Below the pieces are notes generated by a model. It made no database searches, was not told where the DNA came from, and worked only from the letters and a program-made list of their open reading frames with translations. A DNA stretch of 38,679 bases from Gemmatimonadota bacterium (GTDB lineage: Bacteria > Gemmatimonadota > Gemmatimonadetes > Longimicrobiales > RSA9): NCBI GenBank assembly GCA_047459275.1, contig VSDC01000001.1, forward strand, positions 1 through 38,679, given 5' to 3'. The translations under genes and the position numbers were made by a program. Every line of letters begins with the position of its first letter. The stretch's first letter is position 1. Shown one piece after another: positions 16,856-27,769 of the stretch.

Positions 16856-17911
16856 ATGGCGAGGATCGCAATCATTCCCGGTGACGGCATCGGCATCGAG
16901 GTCACGCGCCAGGCCACCAAGGTGCTCCGCTGCGTCGCGGAGGAATCGGAAATCGAGCTCGAGCTCGTGGAATGGGACCACGGCGCGGATCGCTACCTGC
17001 GCACGGGGGTCGCGATCACGCCCGAGGAGATGGCGGACCTCGAGACGAACTACGACGCCATCCTCCTCGGCGCGCTGGGCGATCCGAGGGTCCCGGACCA
17101 CGCCCACGCGCGTGAGATCCTGCTCGGGCTGAGGTTCCGGCTCGACCTCTACATCAACCTTAGGCCGGTCCGCCTCTACGATCCCCGGTTCTCGCCGCTC
17201 AGGGACGTGCGTCCCGAGGATGTCGACCTCGTGATCTTCCGCGAGAACACCGAGGGACCCTACGTCGGGATGGGCGGCACCTTCAAGAAAGGCACACCCG
17301 ACGAGGTCGCCATCGAGGAGGACATCAACACACGCAAGGGGGTCGAGCGGATCATCCGCGCCGCATTCGAGTTCGCGCACGCCAACGGCCGCCGCCGTGT
17401 CACCCTTGCCGACAAGGCGAACGCAATGCGGCACGTGGGAGGGCTCTGGCGCCGCGTCTTCGAGGAGGTCGGCGCGGAGTACCCGGACGTCGCCCGGGAC
17501 GCCTGGTACATCGACGCCCTCGCCCTCGACCTGGTCCTGCACCCCGCGCGCTACGACGTCATCGTCGCATCGAACCTCTTCGGCGACATCCTGAGCGACC
17601 TCGCGGCCGCGCTCGTCGGCGGGCTCGGGCTCGCCCCCTCGGCGAATCTGCACCCGGGCAAGCCCGGGCTCTTCGAGCCCGTCCACGGCTCGGCGCCCGA
17701 CCTCGCGGGGAAGGACCGCGCGAATCCGCTCGCCGCGATCCTGACCGCGGCGCTCATGCTCGAGCAGCTCGGCTACCCACGCGAGGCGGAGCGCATCGAG
17801 GCGGCAGTCAGGGAATCCATCGCGCAGGGTCGAACCACGCCGGATCTGGGCGGCACGCTCGGCACCGAAGCCGTCGGCGACTGGATCTGCCAGAGGCTCC
17901 GCCAGGCCTAG
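16856..17911 (+). CDS. leuB: 3-isopropylmalate dehydrogenase family (LeuB / tartrate-dehydrogenase-like) oxidative decarboxylase
   Basis: 351 aa. IIPGDGIG, FRENTEGPY, NLFGDILSD and HGSAPDLAGKDRANP are typical of the isocitrate/isopropylmalate dehydrogenase family. No leuCD nearby. Confidence 0.85.
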   Translation: MARIAIIPGDGIGIEVTRQATKVLRCVAEESEIELELVEWDHGADRYLRTGVAITPEEMADLETNYDAILLGALGDPRVPDHAHAREILLGLRFRLDLYINLRPVRLYDPRFSPLRDVRPEDVDLVIFRENTEGPYVGMGGTFKKGTPDEVAIEEDINTRKGVERIIRAAFEFAHANGRRRVTLADKANAMRHVGGLWRRVFEEVGAEYPDVARDAWYIDALALDLVLHPARYDVIVASNLFGDILSDLAAALVGGLGLAPSANLHPGKPGLFEPVHGSAPDLAGKDRANPLAAILTAALMLEQLGYPREAERIEAAVRESIAQGRTTPDLGGTLGTEAVGDWICQRLRQA

Positions 17912-17970
17912 CCGCCCGGCCATTCAACGGGAATCCGCGACGCATGGAGGTGATCGCCGTTCGGTCTAAT

Positions 17971-18005
17971 CGCGTGCGCCCGAGAATTCAATTTCGGCGC
18001 ACGCG
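17971..18005 (+). terminator. Hairpin downstream of the leuB-like gene (no U tract)
   Basis: CGCGTGCGCC(C)GA ... TCGGCGCACGCG, a 12-bp stem with one bulged C and an AT-rich loop, 60 nt after the stop at 17909-17911. Confidence 0.35.
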
Positions 18006-18114
18006 CGGGCGAAACTACGTCCGGGGCCAGTCAGTGCCCGATGGTTCGCCCGCCCGGGTCGACCCGGGTTCCGGCCGAACGCGTCGACCACTCTCACAGC
18101 ATCGCATCGCGGTT

Positions 18115-19212
18115 ATGGCTTTGATCGATCAACTCCTGCGCGTGATGCATCAGCAGAAGGCGTCCGACCTCCACCTGGTGGTCGGAAGCCCGCCGATCTT
18201 CCGCCTGCACGGGGAGCTGGTGCGGACCAACTACCGGGAGCTCACCGCGGACAACATGCGGGCGCTCTTCTACGAGATCATGACCGAGGAGCAGCGGCGG
18301 CAGTTCGAGGAACGGATGGACCTCGACTTCGCCTACGAGGTGCCGGGCGTCGCGCGGTTCCGGGTCAATCTCTTCATGCAGCGCAAGGGCATGGGCGCCG
18401 TGTTGAGGACGATCCCCAGCGAGATCCTCTCCGCCGACCAGCTCGGCCTGCCGGAGGCGATCCGCCGCTTCTGCGATCTGAACAAGGGGCTCGTCCTCGT
18501 GACTGGACCCACGGGCTCCGGGAAGAGTACTACTCTCGCGGCGATGATCGACCTGATCAACGAGACGAAGGCCCACCACATCCTGACGATCGAGGATCCG
18601 GTCGAGTTCGTCCACAAGAGCAAGAAGTCGTTGATCAACCATCGCGAGGTCGGCACGCACACGTTGTCGTTCGCGGCGGCGCTCAAGGCGGCGCTTCGTG
18701 AGGACCCGGACGTGATCCTGGTGGGCGAGATGCGCGACCTCGAGACCATCTCGCTCGGGATCACCGCCGCGGAGACCGGGCACCTCGTCTTCGGGACGCT
18801 GCACACCAACTCCGCGGCGAAGACGGTGGACCGCCTCCTGGACGTGTTCCCGCCGGAGCAGCAACCGCAGATTCGGGCGATGCTGGCCGAGTCGCTGCGC
18901 GGCGTCGTCTCGCAGCAACTCCTGCGGCGGGCGGATGGGAAGGGTCGGGTCGCCGCCCACGAGATCCTGGTGTGCACACCGGCGATCAGCAACCTGATCC
19001 GGGAAGGCAAGACGCACCTGATCCCGGGGGCGATCCAGACGGGGAGGAAAGAGGGCATGATCCTGATGGACCAATCGATCAAGGATCTGCTCTCGGCGGG
19101 AGTGATCACGGCCGAGGAGGCGTACGCCAAGGCGCACAACAAAGCGGAATTCCTTCCCTACCTGCAGGGTAGCATGAATAGTGGCCGACCGGCGGCCGCT
19201 TCGGTCGCCTGA
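18115..19212 (+). CDS. pilT: Type IV pilus retraction (twitching motility) ATPase PilT
   Basis: 365 aa from ATG 18115 (MALIDQLLRVMHQQKASDLHL). Walker A GPTGSGKST, HILTIEDPVEF, ILVGEMRD, GHLVFGTLHTNSA. Confidence 0.9.
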   Translation: MALIDQLLRVMHQQKASDLHLVVGSPPIFRLHGELVRTNYRELTADNMRALFYEIMTEEQRRQFEERMDLDFAYEVPGVARFRVNLFMQRKGMGAVLRTIPSEILSADQLGLPEAIRRFCDLNKGLVLVTGPTGSGKSTTLAAMIDLINETKAHHILTIEDPVEFVHKSKKSLINHREVGTHTLSFAAALKAALREDPDVILVGEMRDLETISLGITAAETGHLVFGTLHTNSAAKTVDRLLDVFPPEQQPQIRAMLAESLRGVVSQQLLRRADGKGRVAAHEILVCTPAISNLIREGKTHLIPGAIQTGRKEGMILMDQSIKDLLSAGVITAEEAYAKAHNKAEFLPYLQGSMNSGRPAAASVA

Positions 19213-19249
19213 GCGGCCGACCCGTGGCGAACCTACTCAGGAGAGCGAG

Positions 19250-20455
19250 ATGGCAACCCAGCGGCACCCCACCGATGTGGTGTTCCTTTCCGGCCGGCGC
19301 ACGCCGTTCGGCTCTTTCGGCGGCACGCTGAAGGATTTCACCGCCACCGACCTCGGCGTGCATGCGGCGAAGGCGGCGCTCGAGAGCGCGGGCATCCCGG
19401 CGGAAGCCGTCGACCACGTCATCTTCGGCAATGCGCTCCAGACTTCGTCGGACGCGATCTACCTGGCAAGGCACGTCGGGTTGCGGGCCGGCGTGCCGCA
19501 GGACGTGCCGGCGGTCACCGTCAATCGCCTGTGCGGATCTGGGTTCCAGGCGATCGTGAACGGCGCGCAGGAGATCCTGCTCGGCGAGGCGGAGGTCTGC
19601 CTGTGCGGCGGGACCGAGTCGATGAGCCAGGCGCCGCACGTCGTGCGCGGGGCGCGCTGGGGCTCGCTGCGCCTCGGCGAGTCGGGCCAGTACTTCGAGG
19701 ACCTGCTCTGGTCGGCGCTCAAGGACACGCAGTGCGGCCTCTCCATGGCCGAGACGGCCGAAAAGCTCGCGGAGAAGTACGGCGTGACGCGGGAGGAGGC
19801 CGACGAGGTCGCGTATCGCTCGCAGCAGCGCGCCAAGCGGGCGTGGGACGAGGGGCGCTTCGCCGCCGAGGTCGCTCCGATCCCGATCCGGACCCGGAAG
19901 GGCGAGGTCCTGTACAACACGGACGAGCACATGCGCCCCGAGACGACCATGGAGGGGCTGGCCGCCCTCAAGCCGTACTTCAAGGCCGACGGCCTCGTGA
20001 CCGCGGGGAACGCGAGCGGAATTGGCGACGGCGCGGCGGCGGTGGTCATCTCGAGTGCGGCCTGGGCGGAGCGGAACGGCATCAAGCCGATCGGCCGCCT
20101 CGTGTCCTGGGGGATCGCCGGCGTGGACCCGTCGATCATGGGGATCGGCCCGGCGCCCGCGGCCCGCAAGGCCCTGGAGAAGGCGGGCCTGACCCTCGAC
20201 GACATGGACCTCGTCGAGGTGAACGAAGCGTTCGCTCCTCAATTCGCCGCCGTCGCGAGGGAGCTCGGGCTCGATCCGGAGAAGACGAACGTTAACGGGG
20301 GTGCGATCGCGATCACCCACCCCCTCGCCGCTTCGGGCGCGCGCATCACCGTGCACCTGCTCCACGAGCTGCGACGCCGTGGTGCGCGTTACGGGCTCGG
20401 CAGCGCTTGCATCGGCGGCGGACAGGGGATCGCGGTGATCGTCGAGGCGCTCTGA
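19250..20455 (+). CDS. Acetyl-CoA C-acetyltransferase (thiolase II)
   Basis: 401 aa from ATG 19250 (SD AGGAGAG). Active-site region [27 protein letters not shown]-terminal [12 protein letters not shown]. Confidence 0.92.
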   Translation: MATQRHPTDVVFLSGRRTPFGSFGGTLKDFTATDLGVHAAKAALESAGIPAEAVDHVIFGNALQTSSDAIYLARHVGLRAGVPQDVPAVTVNRLCGSGFQAIVNGAQEILLGEAEVCLCGGTESMSQAPHVVRGARWGSLRLGESGQYFEDLLWSALKDTQCGLSMAETAEKLAEKYGVTREEADEVAYRSQQRAKRAWDEGRFAAEVAPIPIRTRKGEVLYNTDEHMRPETTMEGLAALKPYFKADGLVTAGNASGIGDGAAAVVISSAAWAERNGIKPIGRLVSWGIAGVDPSIMGIGPAPAARKALEKAGLTLDDMDLVEVNEAFAPQFAAVARELGLDPEKTNVNGGAIAITHPLAASGARITVHLLHELRRRGARYGLGSACIGGGQGIAVIVEAL

Positions 20456-20466
20456 GGGAGGATCCA

Positions 20467-21369
20467 ATGGTCGAAGTGTTGGTCCCTATTGGAATCGGAT
20501 TGATCGCGCTCCTCTGGTCGAGCCTGAAGGTGCTCCGGGAGTACGAGCGCGGCGTCGTCTTTCGCCTGGGCCGACTCAAGGGCGCGAAGGGGCCGGGGCT
20601 GATCTTCCTGGTCCCCCTCGGCATCGACCGCATGGTCAAGGTCCCGCTGCGGATCGTGGCGCTCGACATCCCGCCGCAGGACGTGATCACGAGGGACAAC
20701 GTCTCGGTCAAGGTGAACGCCGTGGTCTACTTCCGGGTCAGCGACCCGGTCCGGGCGGTCATGGAGATCGAGGACTACCTCTTCGCCACGAGCCAGCTCG
20801 CCCAGACGACGCTCCGTAGCGTGATCGGCCAGGCGGAGCTGGACCAGCTCCTCGCGGAGCGTGAGCGCTTCAACGAGTTGCTCCGGAAGATCATCGACGA
20901 AGGGACCCACGCCTGGGGGATCGAAGTCACCGCCGTGGAGGTCAAGGACATCGACCTGCCGCAGGAGATGAAGCGGGCGATGGCGCGCCAGGCAGAGGCG
21001 GAACGGGAGCGGCGGGCGAAGGTGATCGCGGCGGAGGGCGAGTTGCAGGCTTCGGAAAAGCTGGCCGAGGCGGCGGCCGTGATCGGCCGGGAGCCTGCCG
21101 CGCTCCAGCTCCGCTTCCTGCAGACGGTGGGGGAGATCGCGACGGAGAACAACTCGACCACGATCTTGCCGGTCCCGATCGATCTGTTTGCGCCTTACGT
21201 GCGTCAGATCGTGGGCGGCGCGGGCGCGGCGGAAGGTTCGGCGACCAAATCGTCTTCCGCCGAGGGGCGCGCGCTCCTCGGCGCCCCGCCGGCCATCCCC
21301 GGGGCGCCTGGCACGAACCTTGACCCCCAGAGGGTGGAAGCTGCGCGGGAGAAGCCCCAACCCAGGTAG
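20467..21369 (+). CDS. SPFH / band-7 (stomatin-like) membrane protein
   Basis: 300 aa. N-terminal TM segment, [16 protein letters not shown], coiled-coil [27 protein letters not shown]. Confidence 0.88.
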   Translation: MVEVLVPIGIGLIALLWSSLKVLREYERGVVFRLGRLKGAKGPGLIFLVPLGIDRMVKVPLRIVALDIPPQDVITRDNVSVKVNAVVYFRVSDPVRAVMEIEDYLFATSQLAQTTLRSVIGQAELDQLLAERERFNELLRKIIDEGTHAWGIEVTAVEVKDIDLPQEMKRAMARQAEAERERRAKVIAAEGELQASEKLAEAAAVIGREPAALQLRFLQTVGEIATENNSTTILPVPIDLFAPYVRQIVGGAGAAEGSATKSSSAEGRALLGAPPAIPGAPGTNLDPQRVEAAREKPQPR

Positions 21370-21372
21370 TCC

Positions 21373-22596
21373 ATGCGACCCGCCGGAACGATCGCGACTC
21401 CTTGCTCCGTGGGCCTGGCGGCTTCCGCCGGGCCCACGTTCGTATCGGCACCCGCACCCACCGCCCGTTGTCCCAACGGGCGTTTCCTCGGAGTACGGTT
21501 GCGGTCGTGGACCGTATCGATCCTCGCAGGCCTGGCGGCGGCGTGCGGCGGTGTTCTCCCCGGCGCCGAGGAGACCGCACCCGCGGAGGAGAGACCCGTC
21601 GGCTGGCGCGTCGGCGTCGCCGAGCACGTGTCCCTCTGGTTCCACGGCCTCGCCTACGTGCGGGGCCGGGACGCGGGCGAGCGCCGCATTCCGGTGCCTC
21701 GTTTCGCCCCTGGCTATGTCGACGAGATGAACGAGGTCAAGCGGCGGCGCGGCGTCTACCCGACGCCGCTCGACACCGCGGCCGCGCGCATGGCCGGCGC
21801 GCTCTCGGGCGAGGAATTCGACGGACTCGAGTTCCTGCCCCTCTACTTCGAGGACGCGAGCGCGCTCTTCTCCTCCTTCGAGGCGTGGGCGGAGGCGGGC
21901 GGCGATCCGCGCCGCGCCGGGTCCGCTCAGGCCGCCCGCGTCGTCGCATTCCTGTCCTCGCTCTTCCCGCGGCCCCAGCAGCGCCAGGCCGTGCTGCAGT
22001 TCGTCCGCCTCCTGCGGCAGGAGCAGGAGACGTTCTTCGCGAGCTACTGGCAGGAACAGCTCCCCGCCCTCCAGGCCCGCGCCGCGGATGTGCAGCGGGA
22101 GTGGGACGCCCTCGCGCCCTCGCTGGCCGTCTACCTCGACTACGCCCAGCTCGAGAACGGCGAGCTGCTCATCGTGCCGGCGCTCGGCGCTGAAGGGCGC
22201 CTCGTGCGGGGCGGACTCCCTTACCCGCGCGCGGCGGTCCTCGCCCCGCCCGCGCGTCGCCCGCGCGACGCCGTGCTCGCCTTCGTCCACGAGACGACCT
22301 ACCCCATCGCCGGCGACGCCGTCCGCGACTACGTCGCCCCCGCCCAGATCCGCGAGCTGGGTGAGGAGCGGCTCATCTCCCTCGCCGCGGTGCGGGCCGG
22401 CGCCATGATCCTCGAGGAAACGGCGCCGCGCCTCGCTCCGGATTACTACCGGCTCTACCTCGAGGCCATCGGGCGCGACGTCGGCCGCGCGGCCGATGAG
22501 GAGCTCCGTCGGGAGTTCCGCACCGCGTTCGCACTCCCCGAGGCGCTCGAGGCCGGCCTGGTCCGGGTCGTGGAGAGGGCACTCGCCGGGATCTGA
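21373..22596 (+). CDS. Hypothetical exported/lipoprotein-like protein
   Basis: ATG lies 3 nt after the SPFH stop. A later TTG (21499) would give signal RLRSWTVSILAGLAAACGG. No family recognised. Confidence 0.5.
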   Translation: MRPAGTIATPCSVGLAASAGPTFVSAPAPTARCPNGRFLGVRLRSWTVSILAGLAAACGGVLPGAEETAPAEERPVGWRVGVAEHVSLWFHGLAYVRGRDAGERRIPVPRFAPGYVDEMNEVKRRRGVYPTPLDTAAARMAGALSGEEFDGLEFLPLYFEDASALFSSFEAWAEAGGDPRRAGSAQAARVVAFLSSLFPRPQQRQAVLQFVRLLRQEQETFFASYWQEQLPALQARAADVQREWDALAPSLAVYLDYAQLENGELLIVPALGAEGRLVRGGLPYPRAAVLAPPARRPRDAVLAFVHETTYPIAGDAVRDYVAPAQIRELGEERLISLAAVRAGAMILEETAPRLAPDYYRLYLEAIGRDVGRAADEELRREFRTAFALPEALEAGLVRVVERALAGI

Positions 22597-22618
22597 AGAT
22601 TTGCATAAATTTACGGGC

Positions 22619-23491
22619 GTGGAGACGAAACCGCCGACCCGAGCTTCGGAGCGCGGCATCACTCGCCGTGAGTTCGAGGCAGTCATACGACGAGCCGCCG
22701 AGCTGTACGCGGCGGATGCGGAAGCAGACGAGCGGATCTCGGAAGAGGAGCTGTTCCGCATCGCTTCCGAGCTCGGTCTGCCTACCCGGCACGTCCGGCA
22801 GGCGCTCCTCGAGCTGGCCGATGCGCCTGCCGGGGATTCGCTCCTGGACCGCATCTGCGGCCCTGCCACTGTCCGCGCAACGCGCGTCGTCGCACGCGAC
22901 GCCGACCTGGTCTACAGAACCCTCGACCAGTACCTCACGACCCGGGAGTACCTGCACCCGCTGCGCAGGAAGGAGCGTGGCGGCTGGTATGCTCCTGCCG
23001 AAGACTTCGTCTCCCAGGTCGCCCGGGCGTTCACCCGCCACAAGGGTCGCTTCAAGCTGGCCAGTGCCCACGGTGTTTCGCTCGCCGTAGAGCCGCTCGA
23101 CGCTCAGTCGGCACACGTCCGCATGACGGTGGACCTTTCCAACCAGCGGCGGGACGCCGTGGCTGGCGGCGCGATAACGGGCGGGATCTTCGGCGCCCTG
23201 GTCGGCGGTGGGCTCGCGGCCGTGGCCGGCGGGGCCGCGGTCGATCTGGTCGGTACCTACGGCTCGGTCGCGGCCGGCGTGGTCGCGTTCGGCGGAATGC
23301 TGAGCAGCGGCGTCACCGCCGGTATCGCGATCGCACGCGCCCATTTCCGCAAGAAGGCGACCTGGGCCCGCGTCGAGGTCGAAGGGCTCCTCGATCGGCT
23401 GGAGCACGGGGAGCCGCTCGTCCCGCCTCCCAAGGACTGGCGCCGCCGGCTCTTCGGCGGGCTCGAAGAGTGGTTCCCCGGCTGGCGTTGA
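22619..23491 (+). CDS. Hypothetical membrane protein with a glycine-zipper segment
   Basis: Start uncertain (TTG 22601 or GTG 22619; the longest ORF overlaps the previous gene). Soluble N-domain followed by GGAITGGIFGALVGGGLAAVAGGAAVDLVG...GVVAFGGMLSSGVTAGIAIA. Confidence 0.5.
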   Translation: METKPPTRASERGITRREFEAVIRRAAELYAADAEADERISEEELFRIASELGLPTRHVRQALLELADAPAGDSLLDRICGPATVRATRVVARDADLVYRTLDQYLTTREYLHPLRRKERGGWYAPAEDFVSQVARAFTRHKGRFKLASAHGVSLAVEPLDAQSAHVRMTVDLSNQRRDAVAGGAITGGIFGALVGGGLAAVAGGAAVDLVGTYGSVAAGVVAFGGMLSSGVTAGIAIARAHFRKKATWARVEVEGLLDRLEHGEPLVPPPKDWRRRLFGGLEEWFPGWR

Positions 23492-23561
23492 TCCGGCCAG
23501 GACTCGCCCCCATATTCCCGCCGGTTTCATCTGGAGAACTCGAAAATCCGGGGGAGGAGAT

Positions 23562-24449
23562 ATGGCCGAGATCCGTAGGGTTGCCGTGCTTGGATGCGGA
23601 CTCATGGGGAGCGGGATCGCGGAGGTGTCCGCGCGCGCCGGGTACGAGACCCGGGTCCGCGAGGTGAGCGACGAGCTCTGCCAGAAGGGTAGGAGCGCGA
23701 TCGAGAAGAGCCTCGGCCGGGCGGTGGAAAAGGGGAAGCTGGCCGCGGAGGAGCGCGACGCCGCGCTCGGGCGCCTCCACTTCACCACCTCCCTCGAGGA
23801 GCTGAAGGACGTCGACATCGTGATCGAGGCCGTGACGGAGGATCTCGACCTCAAGAACGAGATGTTCCGCGCCCTCGATCAGATCTGCGGGCCGTCGACG
23901 ATCTTCGCGAGCAACACCAGTTCCCTCACGATCGCCGACATGGCCGCCGCGACAAGGCGTCCTGATCGCATGGTCGGCCTCCATTTCTTCAATCCCGTCC
24001 CTGTGATGAAGCTGGTCGAGGTCGTCCGCACCATCGCCACCAGCGAGGAGACGTTCCGGACGGCGTTCGAGTTCGCGAAATCCCTCGGGAAGGAGCCGAT
24101 CGTCGCGAAGGACACTTCGGGCTTCATCGTCAACCGGCTGCTCGTCCCGTACATGCTCGATGCGATCCGGGCCCTCGAGCAGGGGCTCGGGACCATCGAG
24201 GACATCGACAAAGGGATGGTGCTCGGAACCGGTTACCCGATGGGCCCGTTCACCCTGAGCGACTTCGTCGGCGTGGACACGCTCTACCGGATCGCGGAGA
24301 TCATGTTCGAGGAGTACCGCGAGACGCGTTTCGCGCCGCCGCCGCTCCTCAAGCGGATGGTCAGCATGGGGTACTTCGGCCGCAAGTCCGGGCGCGGCTT
24401 CTACGACTACTCCGGGGAGAAGCCGGTGCCGGTGGACTTCGGTCTCTGA
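23562..24449 (+). CDS. hbd: 3-hydroxybutyryl-CoA dehydrogenase
   Basis: 295 aa. Rossmann VAVLGCGLMGSGIA, GFIVNRLLVPY, C-terminal GRKSGRGFYDY. SD GGAGGAG. Confidence 0.92.
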   Translation: MAEIRRVAVLGCGLMGSGIAEVSARAGYETRVREVSDELCQKGRSAIEKSLGRAVEKGKLAAEERDAALGRLHFTTSLEELKDVDIVIEAVTEDLDLKNEMFRALDQICGPSTIFASNTSSLTIADMAAATRRPDRMVGLHFFNPVPVMKLVEVVRTIATSEETFRTAFEFAKSLGKEPIVAKDTSGFIVNRLLVPYMLDAIRALEQGLGTIEDIDKGMVLGTGYPMGPFTLSDFVGVDTLYRIAEIMFEEYRETRFAPPPLLKRMVSMGYFGRKSGRGFYDYSGEKPVPVDFGL

Positions 24450-24530
24450 GGCGACGCCGCGCGGACGCCGACGCTGGGTGGGTCGTCGAGGCCGGCCGCC
24501 GCGTCGAAGCCGCGCGCCGCAGGGGCGACC

Positions 24531-24577
24531 GGGGCCGCCGACTCCGCCGCTGTGCGAGCGGCCGGAGCGGTGGCCCC
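24531..24577. terminator. Long imperfect GC hairpin between convergent genes
   Basis: GGGGCCGCCGACTCCGCCGCT-gtgcg-AGCGGCCGGAGCGGTGGCCCC, about 19 pairs with one mismatch and offset bulges. It lies between stops 24447-24449 (+) and 24585-24587 (-). Confidence 0.35.
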
Positions 24578-24584
24578 GCACCGT

Positions 24585-24989
24585 TCACGGGCTGTTCTCC
24601 GAGATCACCGTTTCGGCGGCCTCGAGCGGCTGCCAGAGCTCGTTGCCGAGGGGGAAGAAGAGAGTGTCGTACGGCGGCGAGTCCTCCCGGGCCGCGTAGA
24701 GCGCCATCCCCTCGAACTCCCCGACTTTCTGGAACGCGTCCGCCGGCGCGGGGAGCGGCCGTCCGACGGGCCGCCACTCCCGCGCCTCGAAGACGACGGG
24801 GCGCCCCTCGCGGAACCACGCGAGCGACTCCGGATCGTACCCTTCGACCTCAGGCCGTTCGGGGAACGGCGTCTCGGCCGCGGCCGGCGCCGGCTCCGCC
24901 TCCTCGCCCGCTTCGCGCCCGCACGCGCCCGCGACCAGCGGCACGCTGGCGAGGGCAAGAAACGCGGCAGTCTTTCGGAAAGTGCGCAT
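24585..24989 (-). CDS. Hypothetical lipoprotein
   Basis: 134 aa from ATG 24989 (GAGGAGG upstream). Lipobox in MRTFRKTAAFLALASVPLVAGAC. No family recognised. Confidence 0.6.
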   Translation of the reverse strand: MRTFRKTAAFLALASVPLVAGACGREAGEEAEPAPAAAETPFPERPEVEGYDPESLAWFREGRPVVFEAREWRPVGRPLPAPADAFQKVGEFEGMALYAAREDSPPYDTLFFPLGNELWQPLEAAETVISENSP

Positions 24990-25112
24990 GCAGCCTCCTC
25001 TCCGAGCACGAATGCGCACGTCCCATGCCCTCCCGCGGCGCTCACGTCGACGGCGCAGACGCCGTCGGCGCGCCGTTGCCGCCGCGCATGACCCTCATGG
25101 CGGGAAAGCCGC

Positions 25113-26198
25113 TCACGCCGGCAGGAAGTAGAACGCGATCCCGAGGATGACGTAGACCGCCAGGAGCTGCACGCCCTCCATCCAGTGAGACTCGCCGTCC
25201 TGAGAGATCAGCGCCATGATCGCCACCGCGATGGCCACGGCGACGACCTCGAGCGTGGTGAAGATCAGGTCCATCGGCTGCGGGCCCATGACGTAGCTCA
25301 GGAAGACGAGGAGCGGGGCCACGAAAAGCGCGATCTGGATCGACGACCCGACCGCGATGTTGATCGCCGCATCCATCTTGTTCTTTCCGGCCATGAGGAC
25401 CGCGGTCGAGTGCTCTGCCGCGTTGCCGATCAGCGCGACCAGGATCACGCCCACGAAGACCTCGGACATCCCGAACGCCTCGGCTGCCTCCTCGACGGCA
25501 CCCACGAGCAGCTCGCTCATGAGGGCCACGCCGGCGGTCGAGGCGAGGAGCAGCAGGAGCGCCTGCTTGGTCGAGCCGAGCTCCGCATCGATCTCGTGCA
25601 ACCCGTGGGGCCCGGCGTCGCCTACGTAGAGGTGCCGGTGCGTGCGGAGCGTGAAGACCAGACTCAACAGGTAGGTCGCCATGAGGACCAGCGCGATCTC
25701 GAAGCTCAGCTCCCGTTCCAGGATGACCGCGCCCGCGCCGGCGAGGTGATGGAAGATCGCGGGGACCACCAGCCCGATCGCGCTGAGCACCAGGAGCGTC
25801 GCCCCCAGGCTCGCCGCCGTCCTGTTGAAGGTCTGGCTCTCGTACTTCAAACCGCCCCAGAGCGTGCCCAGGCCGAACACCAGCAGGATGTTGCCGATGA
25901 TCGAGCCGGTGATCGACGCCTTGACCAGGTCGTGGAACCCGGCCCGGAGCGCCATGATCGCGATGATCAGCTCGGCGGCGTTGCCGAAGGTCGCGTTCAG
26001 CAGCCCGCCGACGCCTTCGCCCAGCCGCTCCGCGAGCTGCTCCGTCGCCCGGCCCATCAGGCCCGCGAGCGGGATGATCGCCAGCGAGGACGCAATGAAG
26101 ATCGCGATCCCGCTCGAGTGGAAGACGTACTCCAACGCCAGGGCGACGGGAACGAAGACCAGCAGGAGCAGCAGCCAGTTCTTGCGAAGCCACGCCAT
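25113..26198 (-). CDS. Ca2+/H+ antiporter (CaCA family, CAX/ChaA-like)
   Basis: 361 aa from ATG 26198 (MAWLRKNW...). Two alpha-repeat signatures GNAAE ([12 protein letters not shown] and [12 protein letters not shown]), about 11 TM segments. The longer 892-codon ORF is a GC artefact. Confidence 0.88.
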   Translation of the reverse strand: MAWLRKNWLLLLLVFVPVALALEYVFHSSGIAIFIASSLAIIPLAGLMGRATEQLAERLGEGVGGLLNATFGNAAELIIAIMALRAGFHDLVKASITGSIIGNILLVFGLGTLWGGLKYESQTFNRTAASLGATLLVLSAIGLVVPAIFHHLAGAGAVILERELSFEIALVLMATYLLSLVFTLRTHRHLYVGDAGPHGLHEIDAELGSTKQALLLLLASTAGVALMSELLVGAVEEAAEAFGMSEVFVGVILVALIGNAAEHSTAVLMAGKNKMDAAINIAVGSSIQIALFVAPLLVFLSYVMGPQPMDLIFTTLEVVAVAIAVAIMALISQDGESHWMEGVQLLAVYVILGIAFYFLPA

Positions 26199-26330
26199 GG
26201 GCACCTCTGTGTTCGTGTCGGGTATTTGGCCGCTTTCGGTCAGGGCGGAACGCAAACAGCTTGCGTCCGTATACCAGTTTCGCACAAATTCGGCGGGTTG
26301 CGCCAGATCCTTCAACACAAGCGAGGTGGC

Positions 26331-27746
26331 ATGAACGGAGATCTTCACAGCGGGGGCGCGGTCGATCACGCGGCGGTAGCGAACGCACACTCCGAGCACG
26401 CCGACGCGCCGGAGTTCGCGCGCGAGATGTGGAAGACCCGGCTCGGCTTCGTCCTCGCCGCGGTCGGGTCCGCCGTCGGGCTCGGGAACATGTGGCGGTT
26501 TCCGTACATCACCGCCGAGTACGGCGGCGCGGCGTTCGTCGTGCTCTACATCATCATGACGCTCGCCGTCGGGATTCCGGTCATGCTCGCGGAGTTCACC
26601 ATTGGGCGTGGCACTCGCAAGAGCTCGATCTCCGCGCTGCGCCTCGCCGGCGGCAAGGGGTGGGTCCCGCTGGGGTTCCTCTTCGTGCTGACCGGGTTCC
26701 TGATCCTCTCGTACTACTCGGTCATCGCTGGCTGGGTCACCCGCTATGCGCTGGCCGGCATCTTCGGCGGCTTCCCCGAGGACACAGGCGCTTACTTCGG
26801 CCTGATCGCGAGCGGAGTGCCCGCCATGGGGTTCCACCTGTTCGTCATGGCCGTCACGATCGCGATCGTGATGGGAGGTGTCGAGAAGGGAATCGAGCGG
26901 GCGAGCGTCATCATGATCCCGGCGCTGTTCCTGATCGTGCTCGGGCTCGCGATCTGGGCTTCGACCCTCAGCGGGAGCGGGGCCGGGTACGCGTTCTATC
27001 TCACACCGAAGTTCCCCGAGCTGCTCAGCGGCGAGACACTCGCCGCGGCGGCGAGCCAGGCGTTCTTCTCGCTCTCGCTCGGGATGGGCGCCATGCTCAC
27101 CTTCTCGAGCTATCTGTCGCGCGAGGAGAGTCTGCCGAGGGAAGCGGGTGTGATCGCCTTCTCGGATTTCTCCGTCGCGTTCCTCGCGGGTCTCGTCGTC
27201 TTCCCCGTGATCTTCGCCCTCGGACTCCAGGGCGCGGTTGGAGAGAGTACGCTGGGCGCGCTCTTCATCGCGATCCCTGGCGCGTTCAATGAAATGGGTG
27301 GGATCGGCAGGGTCGTCGGGACGTTCTTCTTCATCGCCCTGTTCATCGGCGCCATCACGTCGGCCATTTCGCTGCTCGAGGTGGTCGTGTCCGCGATGAT
27401 CGACGAGTGGAACATGCCGCGAAAGAAGGCGGCGGTAATCGCCGGCTCGTTGATCGCGTTGCTCGGCCTCTGGCCGGCTTCGAACCTGAACGCACTCGGC
27501 GCGTTGGATGCCGTGACGAATTACATCTTCCTCCCCGTGGGCGGCCTCGCCATGGCCATCCTCGTCGGCTGGCTCTACAAGAACCCGCTGGAGGAGGTGT
27601 CCCGGAGCGTGAGCGAGCGATTCCAGCCGCTCCTCAAGGGTTGGCTTTGGACATTGCGCGTCGTCGTGCCGATCCTGCTGGTGGTCGTCCTGTATTCGGC
27701 GCTCGGCGAGGCGGTGGACGCCGTGAAGGCGCTCTTCGGCGGCTGA
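26331..27746 (+). CDS. Sodium-dependent transporter, neurotransmitter:sodium symporter (NSS/SNF) family
   Basis: 471 aa from ATG 26331 (SD GAGGTGG). Hallmark [12 protein letters not shown], about 11-12 TM segments. Confidence 0.88.
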   Translation: MNGDLHSGGAVDHAAVANAHSEHADAPEFAREMWKTRLGFVLAAVGSAVGLGNMWRFPYITAEYGGAAFVVLYIIMTLAVGIPVMLAEFTIGRGTRKSSISALRLAGGKGWVPLGFLFVLTGFLILSYYSVIAGWVTRYALAGIFGGFPEDTGAYFGLIASGVPAMGFHLFVMAVTIAIVMGGVEKGIERASVIMIPALFLIVLGLAIWASTLSGSGAGYAFYLTPKFPELLSGETLAAAASQAFFSLSLGMGAMLTFSSYLSREESLPREAGVIAFSDFSVAFLAGLVVFPVIFALGLQGAVGESTLGALFIAIPGAFNEMGGIGRVVGTFFFIALFIGAITSAISLLEVVVSAMIDEWNMPRKKAAVIAGSLIALLGLWPASNLNALGALDAVTNYIFLPVGGLAMAILVGWLYKNPLEEVSRSVSERFQPLLKGWLWTLRVVVPILLVVVLYSALGEAVDAVKALFGG

Positions 27747-27769
27747 TAGGGAACGCGGCGTAATGCGAA

